Assembly (NCBI GenBank): GCA_018819405.1
Contig: JAHJQF010000001.1
Span: 98,097 to 162,096 of the forward strand
Reading direction: 5' to 3'
DNA length: 64,000 nucleotides
Source of the DNA: Patescibacteria group bacterium
Lineage (GTDB): Bacteria; Patescibacteriota; Patescibacteriia; UBA1558; GWA2-36-10
The translations under genes were made by a program, and so were the position numbers. The stretch's first letter is position 1. Each line of letters opens with the position of its first letter. The notes beneath the pieces were generated by a model. The model did not search any database. It was not told the origin of the DNA and saw nothing but the letters and a program-made list of their open reading frames with translations. Shown here piece after piece: positions 39,785 through 48,867 of this stretch.

Positions 39785-39811
39785 GCATCATCTTGAGCAC
39801 AGAAACATGAG

Positions 39812-39842
39812 GGCACGCGAAACAGAACGCGTGCCTTTTTTT
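39812..39842 (+). terminator. Canonical rho-independent terminator (GGCACGCG-AAACAGAA-CGCGTGCC-TTTTTTT)
   Basis: Perfect 8-bp GC stem followed by a T7 run. Confidence 0.8.
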
Positions 39843-39845
39843 GTA

Positions 39846-39874
39846 TTGACAAAATCCCAATATATTACTAATAT
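39846..39874 (+). promoter_or_regulatory. Sigma70 promoter for the cupin gene
   Basis: TTGACA, a 17-nt spacer, then TAATAT. Confidence 0.5.
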
Positions 39875-39920
39875 ATGCAATTACGCTCCCCTCACAGAAA
39901 CCCAAACCCAGGAGGAAAAC

Positions 39921-40427
39921 ATGCTCATTATCAGACAGGGTCTCCAAGGCATTGCTGTGCTTGACCACAGCAAAGAGCTCGGCCAGCCTGGCCAGTACAG
40001 CTCCTACAAAGGAGACGAACTGGAAGATCTGGCCAGCATCGTAGCGGCAGCCAAAACCAATGGCTTTGAAATCCGCTACTACTACAAGGATCTGCATACC
40101 TCGGCGAGCGAGATCATTCCGACCAAAATAATCATCACCGACATTCCGCCGATGACTGTCCAGAAGTTCCACAGCCATCAGGCCGTACACGAGCTTTCGG
40201 TGGTCACCGACGGCGAAATCGTAGTCATCGATTCCGACGTCCTGAACGAAGCTGATGTCGAGGCCATTCGAAGCCAGGGCGTCGCTCTCCGTGTCAACGA
40301 CATGGTGATCGAAGATCCGGGAGTACGCCACAGCGTAGCCAACCTCACAGACAGCTACGCTACCTTCACCACGGTCCAGACTGCCCGAATTCCCTTTGAA
40401 AGATTTGAGGCCGACTGGGTGCGCTAA
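39921..40427 (+). CDS. Cupin-domain metalloprotein (GC-rich island 4)
   Basis: Cupin motif 1 HSHQAVHELSVVTDG (HxH(x)4E(x)6G) and motif 2 PGVRHSVAN (PG(x)2H(x)3N). AGGAGG lies 8 nt upstream of the ATG at 39921. The track ORF upstream extension (from 39687) is rejected. Confidence 0.65.
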   Translation: MLIIRQGLQGIAVLDHSKELGQPGQYSSYKGDELEDLASIVAAAKTNGFEIRYYYKDLHTSASEIIPTKIIITDIPPMTVQKFHSHQAVHELSVVTDGEIVVIDSDVLNEADVEAIRSQGVALRVNDMVIEDPGVRHSVANLTDSYATFTTVQTARIPFERFEADWVR

Positions 40428-40462
40428 ACAAGCTCACCAAGGCCTGCGCACAGGCCCAAAAA

Positions 40463-40496
40463 GGACTTCCCCGCGAGGAAGTCCTTTTTATTTTTA
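40463..40496. terminator. Bidirectional terminator at the island 4 boundary
   Basis: GGACTTCC-CCGCGAG-GGAAGTCC followed by TTTTTATTTTT. Confidence 0.75.
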
Positions 40497-40775
40497 ATAT
40501 ACTTTGATATCTTTTTCAAAATCCGGAAAATAGTCTTTGACTTGCCGGACATCAAAATCACTTATTATTTTTTCCTTTGATTCATGAGAAAGCAAAAACA
40601 TAAAAACATCCTGAATTAGTTGGCCGGCCGGTATTTTTTCATTTGTCAGATAAATATAATAGTCCCTGTCTAAAACCACGCTGTACATCTGCCTATTGCT
40701 ATCGTCGCCTATTTCTACATCAAATTTCCATTTGCCATTTTTACTATAGGTATTTTTTATAGTAATATTGTCCAT
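40494..40775 (-). CDS. Hypothetical small protein (93 aa)
   Basis: Complete ORF with no recognised domain. Confidence 0.4.
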   Translation of the reverse strand: MDNITIKNTYSKNGKWKFDVEIGDDSNRQMYSVVLDRDYYIYLTNEKIPAGQLIQDVFMFLLSHESKEKIISDFDVRQVKDYFPDFEKDIKVY

Positions 40776-40820
40776 AAGATAATAATCTGTTATGTTTTAA
40801 TTAACTTAATATATTCTAAT

Positions 40821-41465
40821 ATGTCCCGGAAAAAAATGCAAAAATTTGCCGAGGCCGAAAATTTCCCCAATCTTATTCAATTACATCAAAAAGATCATAA
40901 GGAAAGGCTTCAAAAAATTCTATCTACAAAAAAAGATATTATCTTGGAGCTGGCTTGCGGCCGTGGAGAATACACTTTGGCACTAGCCCAAAAAGATTCT
41001 AAAAAAAATTTCATTGGTATAGATATCCAGGGCGAACGTTTATGGAATGGCGCCAAATATGCACTAGAAAACAAAATAAGTAATGCCTATTTTTTGAGAA
41101 TCCAAATAGAAGACTTGGAAAAATATTTTAAAAAAAAATCTATCCAAGAAATTTGGATTACTTTCCCTGATCCATACCCAAGAAAAGGCCAAATCAAAAA
41201 AAGACTTACTAGCCCAAAATTTTTACAAATTTATAAAAACATACTAAAAAAAGAATCTCTATTAAACCTTAAAACTGATGACAAAAATCTCTATGATTAT
41301 AGTCAAACTAGTATAAAAGACTTTGGCGGCCAGCTAAAAGAAAAAATAGAAGATATATATAGCCAAGATAATTTACCTGATTATCTAAAAATACAAACCA
41401 ATTTTGAAAAAAAACACTTATTGGCTGGCAAAAAAATTTATTATTTAAGCTTTTCTTTAAAGTAG
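40821..41465 (+). CDS. trmB: tRNA (guanine-N7)-methyltransferase
   Basis: LELACGRGEYTLALAQ (SAM site) and WITFPDPYPRK, a TrmB signature. Confidence 0.85.
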   Translation: MSRKKMQKFAEAENFPNLIQLHQKDHKERLQKILSTKKDIILELACGRGEYTLALAQKDSKKNFIGIDIQGERLWNGAKYALENKISNAYFLRIQIEDLEKYFKKKSIQEIWITFPDPYPRKGQIKKRLTSPKFLQIYKNILKKESLLNLKTDDKNLYDYSQTSIKDFGGQLKEKIEDIYSQDNLPDYLKIQTNFEKKHLLAGKKIYYLSFSLK

Positions 41466-41540
41466 CTAAAAGCCTTAGTTATTGACAATTTTACAAAAAT
41501 ATGGTATATTATCCTATTAACTAAAAAATAAGCTAAAAAT

Positions 41541-42956
41541 ATGAAAAATTGGTTAAAAATCTTATTAATAATCAGTGTTTTAGTGGCCTCTTTTGCCTTT
41601 ACTCCTTCAACTTTGGCTGCTGATTTGATTATTAGTCAGATAAATGTTGGCAATTTTGAAAACAATACCGCCCAACTTAGCTGGCGCACTAATCAAGCCA
41701 CCAGAAGTATAGTTTATTTTGGGGAAAACCCGGACGATTTACAATATAGACTAATTTATAATAATTATGATTATCAACATAAAGTAACTCTGACCGGATT
41801 GGAAAGTAAAACTACTTATTATTATAAAATAAAATCTACAGCCAAAGATGGCATATCTAACCAAACTTTTCTTCTAAATTTTGAAACCGGTAAAATAAAA
41901 GATACCACTGAACCAAAAATATTATCATCTCAATTGATACAAGTAACTAGCGATGCAGCTGCCTTTGCTTGGACTGCCAATGAAGAAGTAAAATCTGTAA
42001 TATATTATGGTATCGGAGAAAATAATTTTAATAAAAGTAAAAAAGTAAACTCATATATAAATGATAATGCTCTTACTATCACTGGCCTCAAAGCCTATAC
42101 TAGATACTCAGCCAAAATAAAAATCACTGATAGGGGTGGCAACTACTATTACAGTAAGGTGTTTACTTTTACAACAGGAGGCGACATAAATAAAAATACT
42201 GCCTTGAGTATTTATAATATTGAGCCTATAAGTTATGGAAGCCCTTTAATATCTAGCCGTCAGGTAACTATAAAATTTAAAACTAATATTGCCACAAAAT
42301 CTTATATTAAAATTGGTACCCAATCAAAAAAATATGGTAAGGATATACCGAGCACCACTTCTCATCGTCAGACTACGCATGAAATTACTTTGAAAGATCT
42401 AAAGCCTAATACTACTTACTATTATGTCATTACTACTAAAAATGATATTTATGGACATAGCAAATCAACTACTGAATATCAATTTATTACCTTGCCCGAA
42501 CAAAGTCCAGAAGTGTTGGGAGAAAAAATAAATTCAACTAAAGTAGACAGTGATAGAGATGGACTGATAGACTCTTATGAAGTGGCTATTGGCACCGATC
42601 CTCTAAACTATGATACTGATGGTGACGGCTACAATGATGGCACAGAGATAAAAAATGGTTATAACCCAAAAGGCCCTGGCCATTGGATAAAACTTATCTA
42701 CGGTAAAGAACGCAGCTCACTTGGTTATGAACAAAACAAAGCTGTAGAATTAAAAAATGTTTTAGAGCAAAGGATAGGTAAATTTTATATCAGCAAGCAA
42801 AACTGGTTCACTATAGTCAATGCCTACGTCTACGGTGGCTATCCAGTAGAAGCAATATCTCAGTCTATAAAATGGAGTGGCAAAACTGTCCACCCTACTA
42901 TCCCCTGGAGTCTCTGGAAAAACAGCCCTGATTATCAAAATTATATAAATAAATAA
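41541..42956 (+). CDS. Secreted surface protein with three Fn3/PAP-N-like repeats and a Ca-binding D-x-D-x-D-G repeat segment
   Basis: Signal peptide MKNWLKILLIISVLVASFAFTPSTLA. Three repeats of about 100 aa each (W-T/R-T...Y-Y-Y). DSDRDGLIDSYEVAIGTDPLNYDTDGDGYNDGTE is thrombospondin-type-3/dockerin-like. Confidence 0.55.
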   Translation: MKNWLKILLIISVLVASFAFTPSTLAADLIISQINVGNFENNTAQLSWRTNQATRSIVYFGENPDDLQYRLIYNNYDYQHKVTLTGLESKTTYYYKIKSTAKDGISNQTFLLNFETGKIKDTTEPKILSSQLIQVTSDAAAFAWTANEEVKSVIYYGIGENNFNKSKKVNSYINDNALTITGLKAYTRYSAKIKITDRGGNYYYSKVFTFTTGGDINKNTALSIYNIEPISYGSPLISSRQVTIKFKTNIATKSYIKIGTQSKKYGKDIPSTTSHRQTTHEITLKDLKPNTTYYYVITTKNDIYGHSKSTTEYQFITLPEQSPEVLGEKINSTKVDSDRDGLIDSYEVAIGTDPLNYDTDGDGYNDGTEIKNGYNPKGPGHWIKLIYGKERSSLGYEQNKAVELKNVLEQRIGKFYISKQNWFTIVNAYVYGGYPVEAISQSIKWSGKTVHPTIPWSLWKNSPDYQNYINK

Positions 42957-42992
42957 CAAAAAATCCCCCGCCTCTGCGAGGGATTTTTATTA

Positions 42993-44192
42993 TTATCCAA
43001 ACATCAAAATATCCGGTTTAAATATCAATAAAATACCAATAATAACCATTATTGTGCCGCCTATCAAGCTTGACCAACGAGAATATTTGGTACTAAGGCC
43101 AGTAAGCTGCAAAGTAGTCATAGCCACAAAAAATACCAACATATCATCTATCATAAAAAAGAATATGTAGACCAAAATATAGCTATAATATTGCCATGTA
43201 CTTAGATCATTTAAAGCTAATATCTGAGTATAAACAGCTGGCAGTCCGGCTGAACAAATAAGCTCTACTAGATTGACTGCAAAAGCTAAAATAATAATAC
43301 CCATCAGTGACAAAACAAAACTTTTTTGGCCGACTATTTCTTTGAGCCTATTAAATATCTTTTTCTTTTTTTCTCCTCCACTTACTTTGCAAGTGCCGGC
43401 TTTGTTGGTATAAAACTCTTTGATATTGTAAATTCCGCCACCTAATGCCAATAGACCAATAAGTATTCTAATAAAAATTACATAAGCCAAAAACAAAATT
43501 AAATTTAGCCAAGCAACCATGAATAAAAAATATACAAAAGCCGAAACAGCAATAAACGTCAGACCAAGAGCCCACATCTTTTTTTTATTTTCCATACCCA
43601 ATAATAAGGTAATCAAAAAAACCAAAGCCCACATAGCACAAGGATTAAACCCATCCAGAAAACCCAAGGCCACACTCATTCCCAAAAGTGACATATTGTC
43701 TAAATTAATTCCTGGTACATCAAACAAGCCATTTTTATTTTCTACAGTTGGCTCTGGTATTTGATCAACAGCCGACATTTCTTCTTTCATTTGTATAGGC
43801 AGCGGTCTTGGCACAACAATCACTGCCCTTGAATTTAACTGACTGATAGCCTGCTCAATCTGAGCACCGGTAGTCTGTTCATTAAAATAGCCTATAAAAT
43901 AATTGTCGCCTACTACTGTGAAAGGCACACCTGACACATCAGCTTGTAATTTTTTTCCAAAATCCATCAAAAGATTAGCATTCTCCTTACTACTAGTAAC
44001 TTCCAGACGATTAATGACAATATTAGGATAACTGGGAGCAATCTTATCTAAAAATAATTCTTCTTTAGCACAGTGAGGACAGCCATTGGCATAAAAAAAA
44101 TAAACCTGATTGGCAGATTGTGTTTTAGAAATATTTGGTAAAAATAGTAGTGACAAAAATATAAAGACGGCAAGCAAATTTATTTTTTTCAT
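42993..44192 (-). CDS. Thioredoxin-fold / CcdA(DsbD)-type thiol:disulfide transporter fusion
   Basis: N-terminal CPHC thioredoxin motif after a signal peptide. TM core with FNPCAMWAL (CcdA-type cysteine motif). Confidence 0.65.
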   Translation of the reverse strand: MKKINLLAVFIFLSLLFLPNISKTQSANQVYFFYANGCPHCAKEELFLDKIAPSYPNIVINRLEVTSSKENANLLMDFGKKLQADVSGVPFTVVGDNYFIGYFNEQTTGAQIEQAISQLNSRAVIVVPRPLPIQMKEEMSAVDQIPEPTVENKNGLFDVPGINLDNMSLLGMSVALGFLDGFNPCAMWALVFLITLLLGMENKKKMWALGLTFIAVSAFVYFLFMVAWLNLILFLAYVIFIRILIGLLALGGGIYNIKEFYTNKAGTCKVSGGEKKKKIFNRLKEIVGQKSFVLSLMGIIILAFAVNLVELICSAGLPAVYTQILALNDLSTWQYYSYILVYIFFFMIDDMLVFFVAMTTLQLTGLSTKYSRWSSLIGGTIMVIIGILLIFKPDILMFG

Positions 44193-44196
44193 ATAA

Positions 44197-44502
44197 TTAC
44201 TCTTTTGTTATCTTTATGGCATAGCCTTCTACAATGGCTTGGCTGATTTTTTTGTAAGCACTAGATAAAATACGCTGAAAAGTACTTTGTGATGTTTTCA
44301 TCGCTTTGGCGCATTGTATTTGATCGAGATTTTTTATATTTTTTAGACGTAAAGCCTCTAATTCTTCTTTGCTTATGTCTATTTCTTTTAATGTAGCTAG
44401 CGGTAAGCCTCGAGGCTTAAAATAGGTAACTATAGGATCAATAGCTATTTTACGTCTGCCTCGAGGCCGACCAGCCCCTCGTCTTTTTCTAATATTTACC
44501 AT
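44197..44502 (-). CDS. DUF134 (UPF0251) family predicted DNA-binding protein
   Basis: ITYFKPRGLPL...LEALRLKNIKNLDQIQCAKAMKTSQSTFQRILSSAYKKISQAIVEG matches the DUF134 pattern. Confidence 0.7.
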   Translation of the reverse strand: MVNIRKRRGAGRPRGRRKIAIDPIVTYFKPRGLPLATLKEIDISKEELEALRLKNIKNLDQIQCAKAMKTSQSTFQRILSSAYKKISQAIVEGYAIKITKE

Positions 44503-44540
44503 ATCTACTATTTTATACTATTTGGGTAATAATTCAATAT

Positions 44541-44705
44541 CTAGCGACCCAGACGAGGCTTTCTCTGCCTCCTATTGAGACCAGCCCCACGACGATTATT
44601 TGGGGCAATTTGCCCTTCTGGAAGGGCACTATTGGCACAGTTTCCCATGCCACGCCCTGTCATTGAGCCCTGACCATTTGGCCCTGTACCGTCTCTATTT
44701 GGCAT
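44541..44705 (-). CDS. DUF5320 family small protein
   Basis: MPNRDGTGPNGQGSMTGRGMGNC is the characteristic DUF5320 N-terminus. The start is taken at the internal Met. Pairs with DUF134. Confidence 0.6.
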   Translation of the reverse strand: MPNRDGTGPNGQGSMTGRGMGNCANSALPEGQIAPNNRRGAGLNRRQRKPRLGR

Positions 44706-44765
44706 ACTATCACCTCCTTTTCTTATCAATGGTTTATATTATGAATATATACCCAAAAATATGTT

Positions 44766-44795
44766 TTGTCAAACTACTGCCGATACTGTTATAAT
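44766..44795 (+). promoter_or_regulatory. Sigma70-like promoter for the nitroreductase gene
   Basis: TTGTCA, a 17-nt spacer, then TTATAAT. Confidence 0.4.
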
Positions 44796-44824
44796 AACAA
44801 GAAAGAAATAAATAAATATCTTAT

Positions 44825-45448
44825 ATGGCTTTTTTAGACAACCTAAATTGGCGCTTTGCCACCAAATCATTTGATACAAAACGTGAAGTAACTAAAGACG
44901 ACTTAGATAAAATATTATCAGCCATCCAATATACCCCCACTTCACGTGGACTTCAACCCTACCATATTTATATTATAAAAAATACAGAATTAAAGAATAG
45001 ATTGAAGCCAATAGCCAATGATCAGGCTCAAATAGATTCTGCATCATATGTTCTCATTTTTTGTTCTATAGTCGGCCGACAAGCGCTACTAGATAGAGTA
45101 TCAAAATATGTTGATATAGCCGCCCAACTACAAAAACAAGACCGCGCCGAATTAATCAATCTAGAAGCTGTAAGCCAAAATACTATAAACAAAAAAACTG
45201 ATAATGAATTAAAAGCTTGGGCTATCCGACAGACTTATATTGCTTTTGGTTTTGCTATAGCTGCCTGTGCCGAGCTAAAAATTGATTCATGCCCTATGGA
45301 AGGATTTAATAGAATAAAAATGAATACTACCTTATCACTACCTGACTCACAAAAATCACAAGCTATACTCACTATTGGGTATAGAGAATCTGACCCCAAA
45401 AGACCAAAGATAAGGTTCCCTGAAGACGATTTGTTTACTTATTTATAA
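44825..45448 (+). CDS. Nitroreductase-family flavoprotein
   Basis: WRFATKSFDTKREV...RGLQPYHIYII matches the nitroreductase fold pattern. 207 aa. Confidence 0.75.
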   Translation: MAFLDNLNWRFATKSFDTKREVTKDDLDKILSAIQYTPTSRGLQPYHIYIIKNTELKNRLKPIANDQAQIDSASYVLIFCSIVGRQALLDRVSKYVDIAAQLQKQDRAELINLEAVSQNTINKKTDNELKAWAIRQTYIAFGFAIAACAELKIDSCPMEGFNRIKMNTTLSLPDSQKSQAILTIGYRESDPKRPKIRFPEDDLFTYL

Positions 45449-45455
45449 ATAATAT

Positions 45456-46508
45456 ATGGAAGGAATAGTCTTAATTATATTTTCATTAATTATATTTTCG
45501 ATCCCCTTGGCTCGTAAAATATATTTTTCTGATATCCAAAATAAAGAAGAAAAAATATCAACTAGCCGAGACTTGTTTTTTGACTGGCTCAAAGGTCTGT
45601 CCATTATAGCAGTTATTATTATACATGTTAGTTATTTCTATTCTTTTTACTTTGGCCAGCCACACCCATTTTTTAATATCATAAACAACTTATCACGTTT
45701 TGCTATATCAATATTTTTTATTTCCTCCGGTATTTTGCTAAAACCACTGGCAAACAAGAAATCAGCCTTGACTAAATTTTATACTAAAAAAATTGTCCGA
45801 ATATTTTTGCCTTATATCATAATTGTCTCAGCTCTAGCTATGTTTACTGGGACAAGTATAAAGCATTTTTTATATTTATTAATATCTGGCCAGGCGGCCG
45901 TGCCTTATTACTTTGTAGTAGTACTTTTACAATTTTACCTTCTATACCCTGCCCTCTCATTACTAAGAAATAGCAAAATTTTTCTATATATCAGTTTCTT
46001 GATTACCCTATCATCATATCTTTATCCTGAAACCTGGAGAATATTTGGCATCCCCTTATTTGGAAAGTACCTATTCTTTTTCCAATATGGCATTTATATG
46101 AGAAATTACTTTATTATTTATCAAAAAAAGTATTTTCAAACTCAAATTTTGTTTTGGCTATCTATTATCATCATATATTGGCTGATTGTCTTCAATTTTG
46201 ATTATCGTTTTTACAATGTCCGATTGTTTTATGGTCTAGCGATATTTAATTTTCTGTTTTTATTAAGAGACAAAATAAATCTAAACAATTGGCTACAAAA
46301 AATACTCATTAAATCTGGCCAACTGAGTCTCTGGATTTTTTTGCTTCATTTTTTCGTAGTAGAGCTGTTTTACAAACTGTTAAATAACTATAGCCACAAT
46401 ATCTATCTGGATTTTTCTATAATCTTATTGTTATCTACTATCGTTAGTTTTGGAGTTGCCTATATTTGCGATATTATATATAAAGGGGTACTAAAATTAT
46501 TTAAATAA
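45456..46508 (+). CDS. Acyltransferase family 3 membrane protein
   Basis: About 10 TM helices. Conserved N-terminal segment W(L)KG(L)S(I)IAVIIIH of acyltransferase-3. Confidence 0.55.
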   Translation: MEGIVLIIFSLIIFSIPLARKIYFSDIQNKEEKISTSRDLFFDWLKGLSIIAVIIIHVSYFYSFYFGQPHPFFNIINNLSRFAISIFFISSGILLKPLANKKSALTKFYTKKIVRIFLPYIIIVSALAMFTGTSIKHFLYLLISGQAAVPYYFVVVLLQFYLLYPALSLLRNSKIFLYISFLITLSSYLYPETWRIFGIPLFGKYLFFFQYGIYMRNYFIIYQKKYFQTQILFWLSIIIIYWLIVFNFDYRFYNVRLFYGLAIFNFLFLLRDKINLNNWLQKILIKSGQLSLWIFLLHFFVVELFYKLLNNYSHNIYLDFSIILLLSTIVSFGVAYICDIIYKGVLKLFK

Positions 46509-46512
46509 AAAT

Positions 46513-48312
46513 ATGTGTGGAATCATCGGCTATATTGGTGACAAAAAAAGCGTCCCTATACTTTTGGAAGGTCTGGAAAAATTGGAATACCGAGGTTATG
46601 ACAGTGCTGGGATATGTGTCCTGTCCAACAAACAACTTACTAGTATCAAGAAAAAAGGTAAAGTCTCAGAATTGGCCAAACAGGAAAAAATAAAAAACCT
46701 GACTGGTATGATTGGCATTGCTCACACTCGTTGGGCAACACATGGCGAACCAAATGAAATAAATGCCCACCCTCATTTGGACTGTCATGGAGATATCGCT
46801 ATCGTCCACAACGGTATCATAGAAAATCACCAAGCCCTAAAACAACTTCTAATAAAACAAGGCCATAAAATAAAATCTGAGACTGATTCAGAAATAGTGG
46901 CTCACCTGATAGAAAAATTTTATCAGGGCAACTTAGAGCAAGCTGCCCGCCAAGCTATAGGGCTAATAGATGGGGCTTTTGGATTGGCTATAATACACAA
47001 AAGTGAAGATAAGATAGTGGTCGCCAGACGAGGCTCACCATTGATATTGGGTGTAGGTAAAGGCGAGATGTTTGTTGCTTCTGATGTGCCGGCCATACTA
47101 AAATATACCAAAAAAGTAATTTACCTCAATGATGATGAGATAGCTATAATATCCAAAAATAAATATATTATCAAAAATATAAGTGGTCAGAAAATAAACA
47201 AAAACACCCATGAAATAAAATGGAGTGTCGACCAAATAGCCAAACAAGGCTACAAGCATTTTATGCTCAAAGAAATATTTGAACAGCCTCAAGCTCTGAC
47301 CAATACTTTACGCGGTCGGATAAATAAAAACCAAATTAAGCTATCTATTAATTTAGATATAAAAAAAATAAAAAGAATAGTCATCACGGCCTGTGGCACC
47401 TCCTGGCACAGCGCTTTGATTGGCAAATATCTATTGGAAGACATTGCTCGTATGCCTACTGAGGTAGATTATGCTTCTGAATTCCGCTATCGAGACCCAA
47501 TAGTATCCAAAGAGGATTTAGTTATTGCTGTTTCCCAATCTGGAGAAACAGCCGATACTTTGGCAGCCCTCAAGGAGGCTAAAAGCAAATCAGCCAAGAC
47601 TCTGGGCATAGTAAATGTAGTAGGCTCTACTATCACCAGAGAGGTTGACTCTGGTATATATTTACACGTCGGTCCAGAAATTGGTGTAGCTTCTACCAAA
47701 GCTTTTACTTCTCAGGTGTTGGCTCTTTTGATGTTGTCTTTATATATTGCTCAGCAAAAAAACATACCTTTTGATAAAAAAATATTATCTGACCTAGCTA
47801 AGGTACCTGAAAAAATTGGCCAAGTTTTGACTCAAGCTGACAAAATAAAAAAAATAGCCAAAGAATTTAAGAACAGCCGCAATTTTTTGTATTTAGGCCG
47901 CGGCCTCAATTTTCCGGTTGCTCTAGAAGGCGCTCTCAAATTAAAAGAAATTTCCTATATCCATGCTGAGGGTTATCCGGCCGCTGAGATAAAACACGGC
48001 CCTATAGCTCTGATTGATCAGGACATGCCGGTAATATTTTTGGCCACCAAAAATAATCTTTCTCAAAAAATAATCAGCAATATGCAAGAAGTCAAAGCTA
48101 GGGGTGGTCAAATCATAGCTATAGTAAATGACCTAGACAAAGAAATAAAAAAATTGGTAGACTATATTATCGAAGTACCAAAAATAAGTAATGAGTTGTC
48201 ACCAGTTGTAAATGTGATACCATTACAGCTCTTGGCTTATTATATAGCTGATATAAAGGGTCTGGACGTGGACAAACCCCGAAACCTGGCCAAAAGTGTC
48301 ACCGTAGAATAA
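46513..48312 (+). CDS. glmS: Glutamine--fructose-6-phosphate aminotransferase
   Basis: MCGIIGYIG N-terminal nucleophile. Two SIS domains. C-terminal ...SVTVE. Confidence 0.95.
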   Translation: MCGIIGYIGDKKSVPILLEGLEKLEYRGYDSAGICVLSNKQLTSIKKKGKVSELAKQEKIKNLTGMIGIAHTRWATHGEPNEINAHPHLDCHGDIAIVHNGIIENHQALKQLLIKQGHKIKSETDSEIVAHLIEKFYQGNLEQAARQAIGLIDGAFGLAIIHKSEDKIVVARRGSPLILGVGKGEMFVASDVPAILKYTKKVIYLNDDEIAIISKNKYIIKNISGQKINKNTHEIKWSVDQIAKQGYKHFMLKEIFEQPQALTNTLRGRINKNQIKLSINLDIKKIKRIVITACGTSWHSALIGKYLLEDIARMPTEVDYASEFRYRDPIVSKEDLVIAVSQSGETADTLAALKEAKSKSAKTLGIVNVVGSTITREVDSGIYLHVGPEIGVASTKAFTSQVLALLMLSLYIAQQKNIPFDKKILSDLAKVPEKIGQVLTQADKIKKIAKEFKNSRNFLYLGRGLNFPVALEGALKLKEISYIHAEGYPAAEIKHGPIALIDQDMPVIFLATKNNLSQKIISNMQEVKARGGQIIAIVNDLDKEIKKLVDYIIEVPKISNELSPVVNVIPLQLLAYYIADIKGLDVDKPRNLAKSVTVE

Positions 48313-48329
48313 TTAACAAAAAAACAGAA

Positions 48330-48731
48330 ATGGAATATTTAAAATTTCCAGATAAAGCCCTCAATCATATATTGTCTATTCCTTTTATTTATGCCCTGTT
48401 GTTCCCCTTGATCCTTTTGGATATTTTTATAGAGCTATATCACCGAGTTTGTTTTCCTCTTTACGACATACCTTTGGTCCCCCGAGAAGCTTATATAAAA
48501 ATAGACCGACAAAAATTAGATTATTTGGAGCCTATTCAAAAAATAAATTGTATGTACTGTGGCTATGCCAACGGACTTTTGAGGTACGCCACTGTCATTG
48601 CCGCCGAGACTGAGGCCTATTGGTGTGGTATCCAGCATCAAAAAAACTCTATATTTATTGTACCAAAACACCAGGAAAAATTTGTTCCTTATGATGACAC
48701 CAAAAAATTTGATAATAAATACAAAAAATAA
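48330..48731 (+). CDS. Hypothetical membrane-associated Cys-rich protein
   Basis: N-terminal hydrophobic helix. CMYCGY...WCG cysteines. 133 aa. Confidence 0.4.
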   Translation: MEYLKFPDKALNHILSIPFIYALLFPLILLDIFIELYHRVCFPLYDIPLVPREAYIKIDRQKLDYLEPIQKINCMYCGYANGLLRYATVIAAETEAYWCGIQHQKNSIFIVPKHQEKFVPYDDTKKFDNKYKK

Positions 48732-48792
48732 CCTTAGACAACCTTGACATTTTGCCGATTTTTCGTTATTATATCGGAGTTATTTTACCCAT

Positions 48793-48867
48793 GGCCCCAT
48801 CGTCTAGTGGTTAGGACACCAGGTTTTCATCCTGGCAAGCGGGGTTCGATTCCCCGTGGGGTCACCA
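48793..48867 (+). tRNA. tRNA-Glu (UUC)
   Basis: Cloverleaf folded by hand. Acceptor GGCCCCA/TGGGGTC, anticodon loop TTTTCAT, T-arm GGGGTTCGATTCCCC, encoded CCA. Confidence 0.85.

Noticed and set aside
39687-39920. Upstream extension of the cupin ORF (track start at 39687)
   Set aside because: The extension runs through the terminator and promoter of the preceding gene. A perfect AGGAGG precedes the ATG at 39921.
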